Of a stretch of DNA of 64,000 bases, positions 9,632 to 20,282 are shown in pieces (within the stretch, counting starts at the first letter, position 1; every line of letters begins with the position of its first letter). The notes beneath the pieces were generated by a model. The model was not told where the DNA came from. It saw only the letters and a program-made list of their open reading frames with translations, and ran no database searches. Made by a program: the position numbers and the translations under genes. The stretch is from a virus: the IMG/VR virus record IMGVR_UViG_3300009506_000019, positions 64,001-128,000 of that record. One strand, written 5' to 3'.

Positions 9632-9880
9632 CTATATCCCAACCGGTTCTTTGATCTCATCAATTTCGATATCACCACCCTGAATGTCTTGATATAGTTT
9701 AGATGTGGTAAGCTCAGTAATCAATCGCTTTGCTGTGCCCCAATCTTCATAGTGATTAGGTAGACCTGGTTCCATGAGATCCACAACTTCTTGATCTTGC
9801 ATGGTATAGTCTATTTCTTCCACATGGTATGTAGAACCTGACACATTCTTGACACTGATTTTGCCTCGAGACAATATCAT
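9632..9880 (-). CDS. Hypothetical protein, paralog of 3457..3759
   Basis: ATGA overlap with upstream gene; shared motifs. Confidence 0.7.
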   Translation of the reverse strand: MILSRGKISVKNVSGSTYHVEEIDYTMQDQEVVDLMEPGLPNHYEDWGTAKRLITELTTSKLYQDIQGGDIEIDEIKEPVGI

Positions 9881-11397
9881 ACTCTCACCATGTGATTAGA
9901 ACGCACATCATCATGTACGTAACTACCAGCAGAAGCGAAGTCAGTCGCCCACGTCAACACATCTGTTCCATCAATCGTACCATCCCCATTCGTTCCAGTA
10001 ATGGTGGGTGTAGACGACAACGCAGAAAAGGTCACATATCCACCAACACCAAGACCAGCATGTATTCCCCACCCACCATTGCCAGAACCAACAACGGTGG
10101 TACGCAAGTCTATACGACCACCATAGTCTGGCGCAATACCATGGCGGGTACAATTGTTTACTTCTGCGTTCTGTATAACCGCCTTGGCTCTGCTGATCCA
10201 CACACCATCATAACAACTTTCCACTCTCAGGTAATTGACCCATGGGAAGCTGTCAGTAGCGTAGTATCCATTGTTGGTTGCGTTTTTAATCCACACTCCC
10301 TCAACACCACACACCTGGCAAGATGAGATATATAATGATGCAAAATCACCACCATCGAGGAACCAACCTTTCTCATACGATCCATTTGCTGCCATGGTCA
10401 TGGTAAGGAAGGCAATTCCATATACTGTTGGGTTTATTGCACCAATTTGACTCCATCCAGCCTTGGCCGAATCCTGGCCAACAAAACCATAGTAACAATT
10501 TCTTGCCACAACTCTCTTTAAACCAAGGGTGCTCTCTGATGCATAAATAACAGCACCATAGGTTGGACCATTAATGAGAAAGTCTTGCATGAGCATGTAA
10601 CCAGTACATGCGGTGTGCCATAAAGCAGAATAATTCGATGGATGTCCAGCATTGAATATGGTAGTAGGTTCTGTGATCTCGAAAACAGATGTGCCATTTG
10701 GGATGGGATTGAAGATTCCAGCTGTTCGAATGGTATCTGTATCATTGTCAGCAATAATAAGCTGCTGACCTGCACCCTGCCCAGCTGTGATACTTACGAA
10801 CCTTCCTTCTAAATTACCGGCAGTCCATCCAGCAGCCGTTAATGAAAGGCTTCTGTTGGTTCCGCTGGTTGCTGTTCCTGATGATGGTCCCGTGGTTGGA
10901 GTGTAGATTCCTTGTGTGCCATAAATAAAAAGATTTCCAGACAGATTTCTACCACGAACATCGATACCAGTATAGTTACCAGCAGCCACATTAATAGTTG
11001 TGCTATGCACCATATTGAGCGGAATTGCATTGATAGCAGCCTGTATCGTAGCAAATGGTTCTGCTGAATAGTCACCGCTCAATAAAACAGCTGGTCGTGT
11101 TTCTGTTGGAGTATCACTACCAGTGCTTGCATTCACAGCAAGAGTTAGTGCGCCTTCTGTCTGGTATGAATTTCCTCCACCACCAGCTCCAGCAGTGTTA
11201 TCCTCCCAAGCACTCTCGGTTTTGCGCCACCACTTCTCGGCCGTTTCTTCACGAAACCACGTGCCCAATGGAGCGCCCTGAATCTCAGGTGGTGCTCCAC
11301 CATCATTCGGATCTCCATCATAGCCAGTAATGGCGTTGTTGAGGAATGCAGATCGACGAGGAAGCTCGAGGACTACGAAATCTTCAAAGGCACCCAT
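9877..11397 (-). CDS. Putative tailspike/beta-helix receptor-binding protein
   Basis: PFATIQAAINAIP...TINVAAGNY beta-helix cap motif; C-terminal TITGTNGD motif shared with neighbours. Confidence 0.7.
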   Translation of the reverse strand: MGAFEDFVVLELPRRSAFLNNAITGYDGDPNDGGAPPEIQGAPLGTWFREETAEKWWRKTESAWEDNTAGAGGGGNSYQTEGALTLAVNASTGSDTPTETRPAVLLSGDYSAEPFATIQAAINAIPLNMVHSTTINVAAGNYTGIDVRGRNLSGNLFIYGTQGIYTPTTGPSSGTATSGTNRSLSLTAAGWTAGNLEGRFVSITAGQGAGQQLIIADNDTDTIRTAGIFNPIPNGTSVFEITEPTTIFNAGHPSNYSALWHTACTGYMLMQDFLINGPTYGAVIYASESTLGLKRVVARNCYYGFVGQDSAKAGWSQIGAINPTVYGIAFLTMTMAANGSYEKGWFLDGGDFASLYISSCQVCGVEGVWIKNATNNGYYATDSFPWVNYLRVESCYDGVWISRAKAVIQNAEVNNCTRHGIAPDYGGRIDLRTTVVGSGNGGWGIHAGLGVGGYVTFSALSSTPTITGTNGDGTIDGTDVLTWATDFASAGSYVHDDVRSNHMVRV

Positions 11398-13004
11398 CAG
11401 ACCACCTCCTCAACATTGGTGATCGTGGCAGTGCCACTTGAGTTTGCGTTTACACTTGGTGTGTGCAACCAAATAATGTTGGTTGGCTTAAGGCCGGTAT
11501 TATTGATAGTGTACCAACCTTCTTTCCCAGCATCGCTTGTCGGAGGTGTGCCAATCGGCTGTCTTACAGCTGGAGCGTTGCCCGCCGATGGGAAAACCCC
11601 AGCCTGCAGTTTGGAGAATGTGACCACTTCCACATCCATTGCTGCATTGGGTGAGAAAGCTGGGAAGGTGAGCGTACGTTGCACAAACCCACCCAGCACA
11701 TAACTACCACCAGATGTGATTGTAGTTGTTACAATACCAGCAAGGTTTGTGACCGACAGATTTTGCCAGTTATACGTGCCCTTTGTGTCATCATCATGAA
11801 CTTGTAAAGTTCGAGTCCAGTTGACCGGGCCTCCACCCCAACTGCCGATAAACGTTCCACCACCAGTGTCCTCATCCATGGCGGCAGAAAGCAGCTGTTG
11901 GTTGGACTGAATTGTGATGATGTGGCTCTGAATACTGGTACCATCATTTCCACCAGACCGCAGACGTGCGGCCGGAACGGCAACATTGATGACCGCAGCC
12001 ACATTTGCAATATTCACCACACCCTGTTGAATGGTGGTTGAATCGTTGGCTGCTCTGTTAGCCGTAATTCTAAAATTGAAGGTGGTTACGTTGTATGTGC
12101 CACCAACTCGAGAAACACTCTTTGAAGCCTCATACGTAGACGGGTTCGTGATATTCAACTCTGTAGTTGTTGGGTCATCGTATGCCACAGTATCGAAATC
12201 GGTAACTGTGTTAGCTACCGTAGCTGACTCTGCGCCCTTGAGTGCACTTTGCGTTGCAGGATAGGAAATCGTCCCAATGGACACACTTGGATAGAGGTTG
12301 TTGCATTTTACCACGTTGACACCTTCCACACTTCCTGTGGTGTCGGTATCATACGGGTCACTTATGGCTCCAGTAACAGCATCACGCACAGTCACGCGAG
12401 CTGGGCGCAAAACAGCTGTGGTTCCTCTGTCCGCAATTGGGATTGGTACGACCGCATTTGTTGTTGGAGAAACATCAATGATTCCGGACTTACCAGCCTC
12501 GTAGTCAGCAACATAGATTCGATCAAAGTTCTTATCAGCTGTGATGTCGATCTGGTATGTGTCATTCTCTTTGACTTCTGTTTGCGATCCAGGATAGCCA
12601 CCAGTAAAGACAGCTGCTGTGATTTCTGGTGGTAACAACACCGCCGACACGGAAGTATCGATTGAGCTGTATGTGTCGTCCGGAGAAATCAGCTGGGCGA
12701 CAACATTTCCACCACCCGGTGGCAAGGTTATATTCACAAATCCTTGATAAATATCGCCAACCTTCGGCAACGTTCCTGCAATCGAGTTTACTTCAACCTT
12801 GGGAAAGCTGGCTTCTACATATACCTTGATATCTAAGGTAGATGAGGTAAATGACTGAAGAATGGTGTCACCACCCGGATCTTGATAAACCTTGTTTGTG
12901 ATGGTGCCAGATACCTGCACGTCTACATCGTAGATACGAATCCAGCCACCAGCCAAGATGGCCTTACTCATCACATCTTCAAATCTTTGCTTGGTGAATG
13001 GCAT
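11397..13004 (-). CDS. Putative virion structural protein (T/V/G-rich, beta-rich)
   Basis: Long ORF in structural operon; start moved to ATG 13004. Confidence 0.65.
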   Translation of the reverse strand: MPFTKQRFEDVMSKAILAGGWIRIYDVDVQVSGTITNKVYQDPGGDTILQSFTSSTLDIKVYVEASFPKVEVNSIAGTLPKVGDIYQGFVNITLPPGGGNVVAQLISPDDTYSSIDTSVSAVLLPPEITAAVFTGGYPGSQTEVKENDTYQIDITADKNFDRIYVADYEAGKSGIIDVSPTTNAVVPIPIADRGTTAVLRPARVTVRDAVTGAISDPYDTDTTGSVEGVNVVKCNNLYPSVSIGTISYPATQSALKGAESATVANTVTDFDTVAYDDPTTTELNITNPSTYEASKSVSRVGGTYNVTTFNFRITANRAANDSTTIQQGVVNIANVAAVINVAVPAARLRSGGNDGTSIQSHIITIQSNQQLLSAAMDEDTGGGTFIGSWGGGPVNWTRTLQVHDDDTKGTYNWQNLSVTNLAGIVTTTITSGGSYVLGGFVQRTLTFPAFSPNAAMDVEVVTFSKLQAGVFPSAGNAPAVRQPIGTPPTSDAGKEGWYTINNTGLKPTNIIWLHTPSVNANSSGTATITNVEEVV

Positions 13005-13006
13005 TA

Positions 13007-14707
13007 CTATGTTTTCTCCACCCAATTATACGACGAATCGCTGTATGGGCCACTTGATACGATGTCTGTGTATGATAAGATTCCTCCATCTGCCATTCTA
13101 ACATCACCGTTCGTACCAGTCACGTCCGTAGCAGCATCTAACTGAACTAGGGCGTATGGCCCAATAATCTCAATACCAACATCAGCGTTGCCGCCACCAT
13201 CTTTGAATCCGTTGCCTGTGGTAACAAACTTTCCTTGCGTCCTTATACGTACGCATGGTCCACCACAATTTTCAAAATACCACAATTGGGACTCGGCTCT
13301 TCCTAGATTTGACCCGTCAAATATGTCAATTCCTACGCTAGGAGCGTTCCTGATGGTGTCTATTGCTCCTCCCATAGCATAGAAATTTTGAAAGAACCCA
13401 TTTCGTTCAAGAAGTACAGATGGCTCGCTTCCGCTACCAACGGTGTCCAGTATCAAATTCCTGAACAACAACCCACCATTTTGATATGCAAGAATGCCAG
13501 CTGTGTGATTGCAAATGAAACAATAATATCCATACAACTGAGAGCCCATGTCGGTAGACCAAAGTGCTCTGTCAGCACATTTGTGTGCCGGATCAGCATA
13601 AATACCAACATCATACAATGAATAGACGTTGTTTGTCCCAGATTGGAATGCCCTGCCACGAACAGTAGATCCAAATTGGACACGCTCATATTCATGATCA
13701 ATGATCACACTACGAGCATTAAACCTGGTACCAGTTACCCCAGACACAACAAATGAGTACGATCCAACACCTTCTAGCTGTACATTGTTTATCTCTAAAT
13801 CAGAGCCCCAAACATCACCCTGAACTTTCAGACCAATGATGTAGTAGTCTTTTCGTGTTGTAGGTGTAGCCGCCAACGCGTTTCTTATACTGACGTTTGG
13901 TCTTCCAACAAAAACTGTGTCTGTGGCTACTATTGGATTTGGACTGATAGGTCGCATGAGATGCAATGTATTATCATCATGCGCGTTGATAATACCATAC
14001 ACACCATTGCTAAGAATGGCCATCCGACCACGAAGATCTTGTCCAGCAAATGGGGTGCCGCCCACCTGTACCCATGGGTCGTTCGATGCTTCTTGAAATG
14101 AGGTGATGGTCTGTGGTGACACAAGCTGTGTCCACTCGGACAGCGGCCTACCATTTATTCGAACAACACCACCAACACCAATACTAAATCCTTCCACCGG
14201 CAAAGAATAAAAATCTGATACAATCGGATCAGCAAAATGTACACCAGAAGCCAGATTGAAATCTACCTCATGCTCTACAGACTGAGGTAGTGTTCTGAGT
14301 GCTGAGTAAATATGCTTGAAATTTGATGCTCCCTGACTAGTCAGATAATCGTTGATTTGAGCTTGTGTTGCAAATATTGTTCCAGGAGGAGCATCAACAG
14401 CGCCAACATCATTGCAATCAACAGAGTATGTTAGATTCTCTCTTGTGGTGAGGATGACACCTTCAGCAGGAACACTACCTGTAGCTTCCGCCCAATCCCC
14501 GTTGGTGATTCCACCTTTAAGCTCATATATCTTGCCCTCGGACAAGACATTGACCTGCATTCCCTCTTTTCTTCGTAAAGAAGGAATCGCATCTCGAGCA
14601 GTTATGTCAGCAACGGTCCTCCAACCACCGAGGAACTCGGTGTCCTCGGCCATTGGAAAATCGCCGTCATTCTTCGGCTTTATTATGTCAATCAGTTGAA
14701 TCGGCAT
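13007..14707 (-). CDS. Putative tailspike/beta-helix protein, paralog family
   Basis: N-terminal GGWRTVADITARDAIP..RRKEGM phage fibre anchor motif; core shared with 15423 and 16935 ORFs. Confidence 0.7.
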   Translation of the reverse strand: MPIQLIDIIKPKNDGDFPMAEDTEFLGGWRTVADITARDAIPSLRRKEGMQVNVLSEGKIYELKGGITNGDWAEATGSVPAEGVILTTRENLTYSVDCNDVGAVDAPPGTIFATQAQINDYLTSQGASNFKHIYSALRTLPQSVEHEVDFNLASGVHFADPIVSDFYSLPVEGFSIGVGGVVRINGRPLSEWTQLVSPQTITSFQEASNDPWVQVGGTPFAGQDLRGRMAILSNGVYGIINAHDDNTLHLMRPISPNPIVATDTVFVGRPNVSIRNALAATPTTRKDYYIIGLKVQGDVWGSDLEINNVQLEGVGSYSFVVSGVTGTRFNARSVIIDHEYERVQFGSTVRGRAFQSGTNNVYSLYDVGIYADPAHKCADRALWSTDMGSQLYGYYCFICNHTAGILAYQNGGLLFRNLILDTVGSGSEPSVLLERNGFFQNFYAMGGAIDTIRNAPSVGIDIFDGSNLGRAESQLWYFENCGGPCVRIRTQGKFVTTGNGFKDGGGNADVGIEIIGPYALVQLDAATDVTGTNGDVRMADGGILSYTDIVSSGPYSDSSYNWVEKT

Positions 14708-15423
14708 CAGGTCACCGTCACAGTGGTGCTACCGAGGCTGTGATTGTCGCTACGGTAGAGATAATAGTTCTGGGTGACCCCGAACGAATTCGTTACGGAG
14801 ATCGTTCCAACAAGACTAAACCCACCTTCAAACCCTCCTACGAAAAACGTCCCTGTTCCATACGCTGACGGATAGGCATAAAAAATGTATTCACCAGCAC
14901 CAGCGTTTACAGTGAACGTAACTTGGCGATTATTATCTAGTTGTTGGTTAGCAAGTGCCTCGATGAAAGCTTCATCGTATGGGCCGGTGCTCGAATTTAC
15001 TCCATACATGGTACGTGGACGCCAATACATCGTGGTGTTCTGTGAATCCACTTCTCCATCTTCTTCGGCATTCAACGTAAACACAACAGTCTCATTATTG
15101 TTAAATTTTTGAAAATCGGCGTCTGAATTGAAGGCAGTTGGAGAATATATCACATCTTTAGGAGGATTTCCATCATTGTCGCTTAATGCTGCAACGGTAG
15201 GTGTTCTATTGTACGCGGCTGTAAAATCTGGCTCGCTGACGAACTCACCAACTTCTTTTATATTACCACCAACAATGGAAAAGGACGTGATATCAAAAGC
15301 TGGAACAATCCAGGACTCCTTTATGGCACGATATGCTGGTTGATCTGCAATCTCAACTAATGCATATCCATCATTACCGGTAGTCTCACCAGCTTTGATT
15401 AATTTTTTGATAGATGATGCCAT
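14707..15423 (-). CDS. Putative virion structural protein
   Basis: AGAGEYIFYAYPSAYG...GGF...YYLYRS motif typical of phage structural hypotheticals; start/stop overlaps. Confidence 0.65.
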   Translation of the reverse strand: MASSIKKLIKAGETTGNDGYALVEIADQPAYRAIKESWIVPAFDITSFSIVGGNIKEVGEFVSEPDFTAAYNRTPTVAALSDNDGNPPKDVIYSPTAFNSDADFQKFNNNETVVFTLNAEEDGEVDSQNTTMYWRPRTMYGVNSSTGPYDEAFIEALANQQLDNNRQVTFTVNAGAGEYIFYAYPSAYGTGTFFVGGFEGGFSLVGTISVTNSFGVTQNYYLYRSDNHSLGSTTVTVT

Positions 15424-16931
15424 TATATCTTCTCAATAAGATCAAGGCCCTCATCAGTAAGCGGGCCATCGGTCTCGATTGTGGTATAACTTACGACCTC
15501 ACCACCAAACAATTTTACATCACCATTGCTTCCTGTGACATCTGTTCCAGACTCAAGCTTGCAGGATGAATGGCCTCCTTCAAATTGAATACCAACATCC
15601 AAATTCCCACCACCATCAACAAAACCAGCTAGATTTCCAGATCCAATAACAGTGCCGGTAACTTCTATGTGGGTGTCAGACCAAATTCTTACGCAAGGCC
15701 CTGGAATATTTTTGAATATTACTCTTGATCCAAAGAATCCTCTTAGCCTTGATCTTTCAATACGTAGTCCTGATATTCCATTGGAACCACTACGTATTTC
15801 ATTTCTCTTCCCCTCATTATATTCGTTGAATTCAAACTCTTTTACATCCTGCAAAACCACACATGACCAATCAATAGCTTCTCCAATCGCATTACCTACG
15901 TTTTCAAATACGCAATTTCCCATTCCTCCTATTTCTACATCATAAAAGTTGACACCATCTTGGCCACGAATTCCATAACATCCAGACAAACTTGCGATGT
16001 TTGATTTATAAACTGATATTACAGAATCTGTGTCTGCCCCGATTGCTCGATGCGAACAATCAGACATAAACAGCACATATGTATTAGATGCTGCGTACGA
16101 ACCACCATTTGCGATTGGCGCATCTATCTCGCGATTTACAAGTATATTCGTCCAAATATGACTACCCTCGGTACCTATGATAGCACTATATGCACCATAG
16201 TTGACAAGGGTAAGATAATTCACATTAAAGATGCTACCTACAAAATTATAATCTCTGGACAATGGATTTATGTCTAAGACATAATTTGTGGCAACCTTTG
16301 TTATGTCATCCAAACTGTTTTTCAAAATAGTTGATGGTGTCATAATAGACACCGTTGTGGGAACCGGACTAAGCACTTTATTTACGTATAGTGTGCTATC
16401 ATCATGATCATGTATCGTGGTAACTTGCCCGGTGTTAAATACAGCGAACCACCCCTTTAAGTTAAGTCCAAGAAATGGTGTGCCAGCAAAGCTAACATAC
16501 GGATTTCCACTAGCAACCTGCATGGACGAGATTGATAAATCTTCAAGAGATGGATCTACCAAATCCCACGCTGATGGTGGAGAACCATTTATCGTAAAGT
16601 TACCACCAACACACTGTTTTGATGTTAGTGGCCAAGCTGCAGTGGTGTCTGTCGCTCTTGGACGATGAACACCAGTAGCTAGATTAAATGTAATGTTGTG
16701 TGCAATATAATACGGCAAAGCCTCATATGCGGCAGCGAGATGTTTGAACGCTGTCCAACCATTATTGGACAGCATGTTATCGATGTCATCTTGAATGCGA
16801 AACACAGACCCAATAGGTGGATCACCAACAGACCCACCACCAACATCATCATAATCAATAGGGATAACCAAGTCTTCGATGGTGGTAAGGCTATGGCCAG
16901 CATCGATTTTAATTTTGTCAAACGCGCCCAT
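15423..16931 (-). CDS. Putative tailspike/beta-helix protein, paralog family
   Basis: DYDD..DPP, FKH...ALP..I.H.I...LATGVHRP, DGGGN.DVGI...DVTG.NGDV motifs. Confidence 0.7.
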   Translation of the reverse strand: MGAFDKIKIDAGHSLTTIEDLVIPIDYDDVGGGSVGDPPIGSVFRIQDDIDNMLSNNGWTAFKHLAAAYEALPYYIAHNITFNLATGVHRPRATDTTAAWPLTSKQCVGGNFTINGSPPSAWDLVDPSLEDLSISSMQVASGNPYVSFAGTPFLGLNLKGWFAVFNTGQVTTIHDHDDSTLYVNKVLSPVPTTVSIMTPSTILKNSLDDITKVATNYVLDINPLSRDYNFVGSIFNVNYLTLVNYGAYSAIIGTEGSHIWTNILVNREIDAPIANGGSYAASNTYVLFMSDCSHRAIGADTDSVISVYKSNIASLSGCYGIRGQDGVNFYDVEIGGMGNCVFENVGNAIGEAIDWSCVVLQDVKEFEFNEYNEGKRNEIRSGSNGISGLRIERSRLRGFFGSRVIFKNIPGPCVRIWSDTHIEVTGTVIGSGNLAGFVDGGGNLDVGIQFEGGHSSCKLESGTDVTGSNGDVKLFGGEVVSYTTIETDGPLTDEGLDLIEKI

Positions 16932-16934
16932 GCC

Positions 16935-18890
16935 TCAATCCTTCGACACTATATTTAATCTTTGTGTGATAAGTGGATTGACGTAAGTTCCAAGATCTGT
17001 GTATGGACCAACAATTCCTTCAAGCCTGATGTCACCAGCTGTCCCACTTATGTCTACGCCAGGACCCAGAGTTATCTTTTGGCCACCCCCAATAACTTCA
17101 ATCCCAACATCGGAATTTCCAACACCATCATTTTGCCAACCAGGATACCCATCACCACAAAGACTCAAATCGCAATCAGAGTCATCAACTAAAACTATTG
17201 GTACTTGGAAACCTTCAAACCAAACACCGTGTGTAAAGCCTCTGTTGAATGGATCTATACATTTTATTACTCGGAAAGCATTTTGATCATGTGCGGTTCT
17301 GAAAGTCGTGCGCTTCCCTTCATAGGTTGAGATTGCTACTTGCTGATTAGACCAAGATGATCCATATCCAATGCGGAAGAATGCCTTGGAACCATAATAA
17401 TCAGACCAACCTTCATCTTCAAACACACAAAAATAGGTGTTCAAGAATGAATCGGTTTCAATGTAATTAACACGTCTCCCACCACGCATGTAGCTATTAA
17501 TCATAACACCGCGTATGCCATCTGCATAGTAAATATGACTTTGATCGTTAATACCGTATCTTCCTCTAAAGGAAACATGTGTTAGGTTCACACCAAAACC
17601 ATTGGTCGCCTGTACGGCACGACCACACGTGAACCCAAAAGTATCAAATTCTTCGGCTATATCAAATAAGCAGTGATCTAAAGCAATATATGCAGTGGAA
17701 TATGTAGACGAAACATGCCACTGTGCCCCAAACGACTGCAGCCAGCAGTTCACAAACTTAACAGGTCTGATACCATCAGCATCATTTGATAGATACATAC
17801 AACCACTGCTCGATTTTTGTGTGATGCCATCCAAACTATTCTGGAGGACCGTAGATGGACGACAAACACGAACAGTTGTTACTCCATCAATTGGAGTTGG
17901 TGACAACTTTTGTAATACGAAGAGTGTACTATCATCATGGTCGTGAATAATGCAGGCTTGTCCTGTATCGAAAACGGCAAACAATCCCTTAAGATCTTGC
18001 CCAGCAAATGGTGTGCCAGCTACTTGCACCCAAGGATCATATGATCCTAACGCTTGATGAGCTGTAATAGTTTGTGCGGCCACAATATCAATCCAAGTTG
18101 ATGAGGTGGCTCCATTAAAAGTAATGTTTCCATCACGAGAAAAATACTTACCATTAAGTTGGAATGCATAATTACCAGCATCCGAAGCTGGCCGATGCAC
18201 TGTTGCCGCAAGCTCAATTGTAATAGGATGAAAAATAAATACAGGTAGCGCGTCCCACAGCTTTTCAATATGTTTGAAACTTGTTGCTCCAGCTGTGGTA
18301 AGAAAATCATCGATTTCGTCTTGCGTGGCAAAATACGTATCGGCTGGTGGATCTACAGCATCAAGATCATCATAATCTACTGTCGCTGCTAATGGTGTGA
18401 GCGAGTAAAGTATGTCTAGATCTTGCGATCCACCACCAGCACCCTTATTTCCAATATAGCGATACCCACTAATCTTAAGCGGGGTCGGCCTGGTCAACGT
18501 TCCATTGAACGTAAGAATACCGGTTTGATAATCAAAAAACCAATCAAGTGGATCGGTTGGGAAAATCTCAACATCATCACCATCAAAAAGATGAGCTACG
18601 AATCCATCGCCATATTTTGGTGAAATCCAATCTTTGGTTCCAGCTTTCCAAGACTGACTATTGGGGACAGTTGGATCTACAGTCAACGCAAAAAGTGTTT
18701 GCTGTTCTACGCGACCAAGAGCAATACCAAGCGGTGGATCATTATATGGAATGGTGTCCGACCAAATATCATCAGAGTGGACATTGATGGTATCTGCACC
18801 AAATTCGTTAAAATAGAACTTATTATCAGAGTCAGTTGTCTCTCTGTTGATGAGTGTCTTGAATGACCGGTCTTCTTTGTTGGTTGCCAT
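16935..18890 (-). CDS. Putative tailspike/beta-helix protein, paralog family, distinct N-terminal domain
   Basis: N-terminal DWFFDYQTGILTF...ISGYRYIG; same core motifs as 13007 and 15423 ORFs. Confidence 0.7.
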   Translation of the reverse strand: MATNKEDRSFKTLINRETTDSDNKFYFNEFGADTINVHSDDIWSDTIPYNDPPLGIALGRVEQQTLFALTVDPTVPNSQSWKAGTKDWISPKYGDGFVAHLFDGDDVEIFPTDPLDWFFDYQTGILTFNGTLTRPTPLKISGYRYIGNKGAGGGSQDLDILYSLTPLAATVDYDDLDAVDPPADTYFATQDEIDDFLTTAGATSFKHIEKLWDALPVFIFHPITIELAATVHRPASDAGNYAFQLNGKYFSRDGNITFNGATSSTWIDIVAAQTITAHQALGSYDPWVQVAGTPFAGQDLKGLFAVFDTGQACIIHDHDDSTLFVLQKLSPTPIDGVTTVRVCRPSTVLQNSLDGITQKSSSGCMYLSNDADGIRPVKFVNCWLQSFGAQWHVSSTYSTAYIALDHCLFDIAEEFDTFGFTCGRAVQATNGFGVNLTHVSFRGRYGINDQSHIYYADGIRGVMINSYMRGGRRVNYIETDSFLNTYFCVFEDEGWSDYYGSKAFFRIGYGSSWSNQQVAISTYEGKRTTFRTAHDQNAFRVIKCIDPFNRGFTHGVWFEGFQVPIVLVDDSDCDLSLCGDGYPGWQNDGVGNSDVGIEVIGGGQKITLGPGVDISGTAGDIRLEGIVGPYTDLGTYVNPLITQRLNIVSKD

Positions 18891-18960
18891 AGACTACTCA
18901 CCGCACCAGGTATTCGTGTACGGGGAAATAGTCCGTTGAAGGACACCGATAGTAACTTGT

Positions 18961-19296
18961 TTACAGCGACTTCACAAAGGCATATAACGCCATCAGAGCG
19001 ATGACGAGATAGGATATGTAGAAAAATAAGAGGCGGCGACGACGGGACGGCATATTATCCGCTTCGTGACATACCTGTACCCAAAGAAGGACAGCCCCAT
19101 CCCTATCACCCTTATTGATCAAATCTTCAATTCGACCAAGCCAGATGCCAGGCACATACTGTGCAATCTTTTTGGCTGAATAATGAACGAACTTCTTGAA
19201 TCCGGGTGCTGTTCCAGTTTCGATGAAGAACTTGCCACGCTCGCATATAGCTCTTGTTTTGACGCTCATCTTATCAGAGGTATATGCACTGGCCAT
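18961..19296 (-). CDS. Hypothetical protein with C-terminal transmembrane helix
   Basis: RRRR followed by LLFFYISYLVIALMALYAFV. Confidence 0.65.
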   Translation of the reverse strand: MASAYTSDKMSVKTRAICERGKFFIETGTAPGFKKFVHYSAKKIAQYVPGIWLGRIEDLINKGDRDGAVLLWVQVCHEADNMPSRRRRLLFFYISYLVIALMALYAFVKSL

Positions 19297-19299
19297 CTT

Positions 19300-20205
19300 C
19301 TAGTCTATCACTGACAGCAACCCCCTGTGTTTTCTCGGAATGAGATCCAGAAGGTAATTTGCTTCCAGTGTTCCTTCTGAGAACAGATACTCAGGAAAAG
19401 CTTTTCTGATCCTTCGTATCTTGTTCGCAATCATCGTTTTGTTGACGCCCAAATACCTACCGATGTTTGCATTATAATTGGTACAACGGTCGATGTCAAA
19501 TACTCGAGCATCGCAGAGCTTGCAGGCAGAGCACATATCAATCGATGCCTGCGGGTTTGTTAGTATCATCAAGACCTGATAGGCTCTGGTCTCGTGCCCA
19601 AGTACCCGGTCTCCAAAATCGTTGATGATGGATCGAATTCGTTGTTCGATGTTCCTGTCTTCGAACTCTTTGCCAACACCGTTAATTCCGAAGTTGTCAA
19701 GCTCATCATTGATTTCGATGAACTTGTAGGTGGTTATCATCTCACCTTCACATCTAGTACAGGTCTTGTTATTCTTGACCGCAGTGGTATGACCACAAGC
19801 AATACAGCATTGCTGAAGATTTTTGCGATATAGTGAGTTGATATAATTCCGCACACAGAACCCACCCTGCCTTCTCACCCAATGAATCGGATTGTTTTTC
19901 GTTCCTCGAACCTGTCCGTTCTTTTGGCCGGGTGTTTTGATTCTGACTTTCTCTCCCCAAAGCTTGGCTTTGTCCACGTTCTCGAATACGCCTTGCCAGA
20001 AGACTGAGATAATATCGTCCAATTCAAGTAAAAATTGATCGGCAATCAGCTCCTTAGCAAACATTCCACGAATGCAGCCTTGACGACTTGAATCATCGAG
20101 CCTGTAGTTCTCTACGCCAGCCACAGCACTCATGAACTCTTTGACACATCTCCCCTGTCGAAAAGATATCAATAGTTTGTTCGCATACTCGTTGTCTACT
20201 CTCAT
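19300..20205 (-). CDS. Putative phage sigma70-family factor with Cys-rich (Zn) insertions
   Basis: Region-2-like DDIISVFWQGVFENVDK and IHWVRRQ...RNYI; region-4-like HTH NANIGRYLGVNKTMIANKIRRIRK; AAGGAGG before ATG 20205. Confidence 0.6.
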   Translation of the reverse strand: MRVDNEYANKLLISFRQGRCVKEFMSAVAGVENYRLDDSSRQGCIRGMFAKELIADQFLLELDDIISVFWQGVFENVDKAKLWGEKVRIKTPGQKNGQVRGTKNNPIHWVRRQGGFCVRNYINSLYRKNLQQCCIACGHTTAVKNNKTCTRCEGEMITTYKFIEINDELDNFGINGVGKEFEDRNIEQRIRSIINDFGDRVLGHETRAYQVLMILTNPQASIDMCSACKLCDARVFDIDRCTNYNANIGRYLGVNKTMIANKIRRIRKAFPEYLFSEGTLEANYLLDLIPRKHRGLLSVID

Positions 20206-20282
20206 ACTGCCCTCCTTATCCCTCCGTTGATGGTTTCTTTTAATACGCTTGGTCATTTCACGATCCATACTAGCACAGGGGT

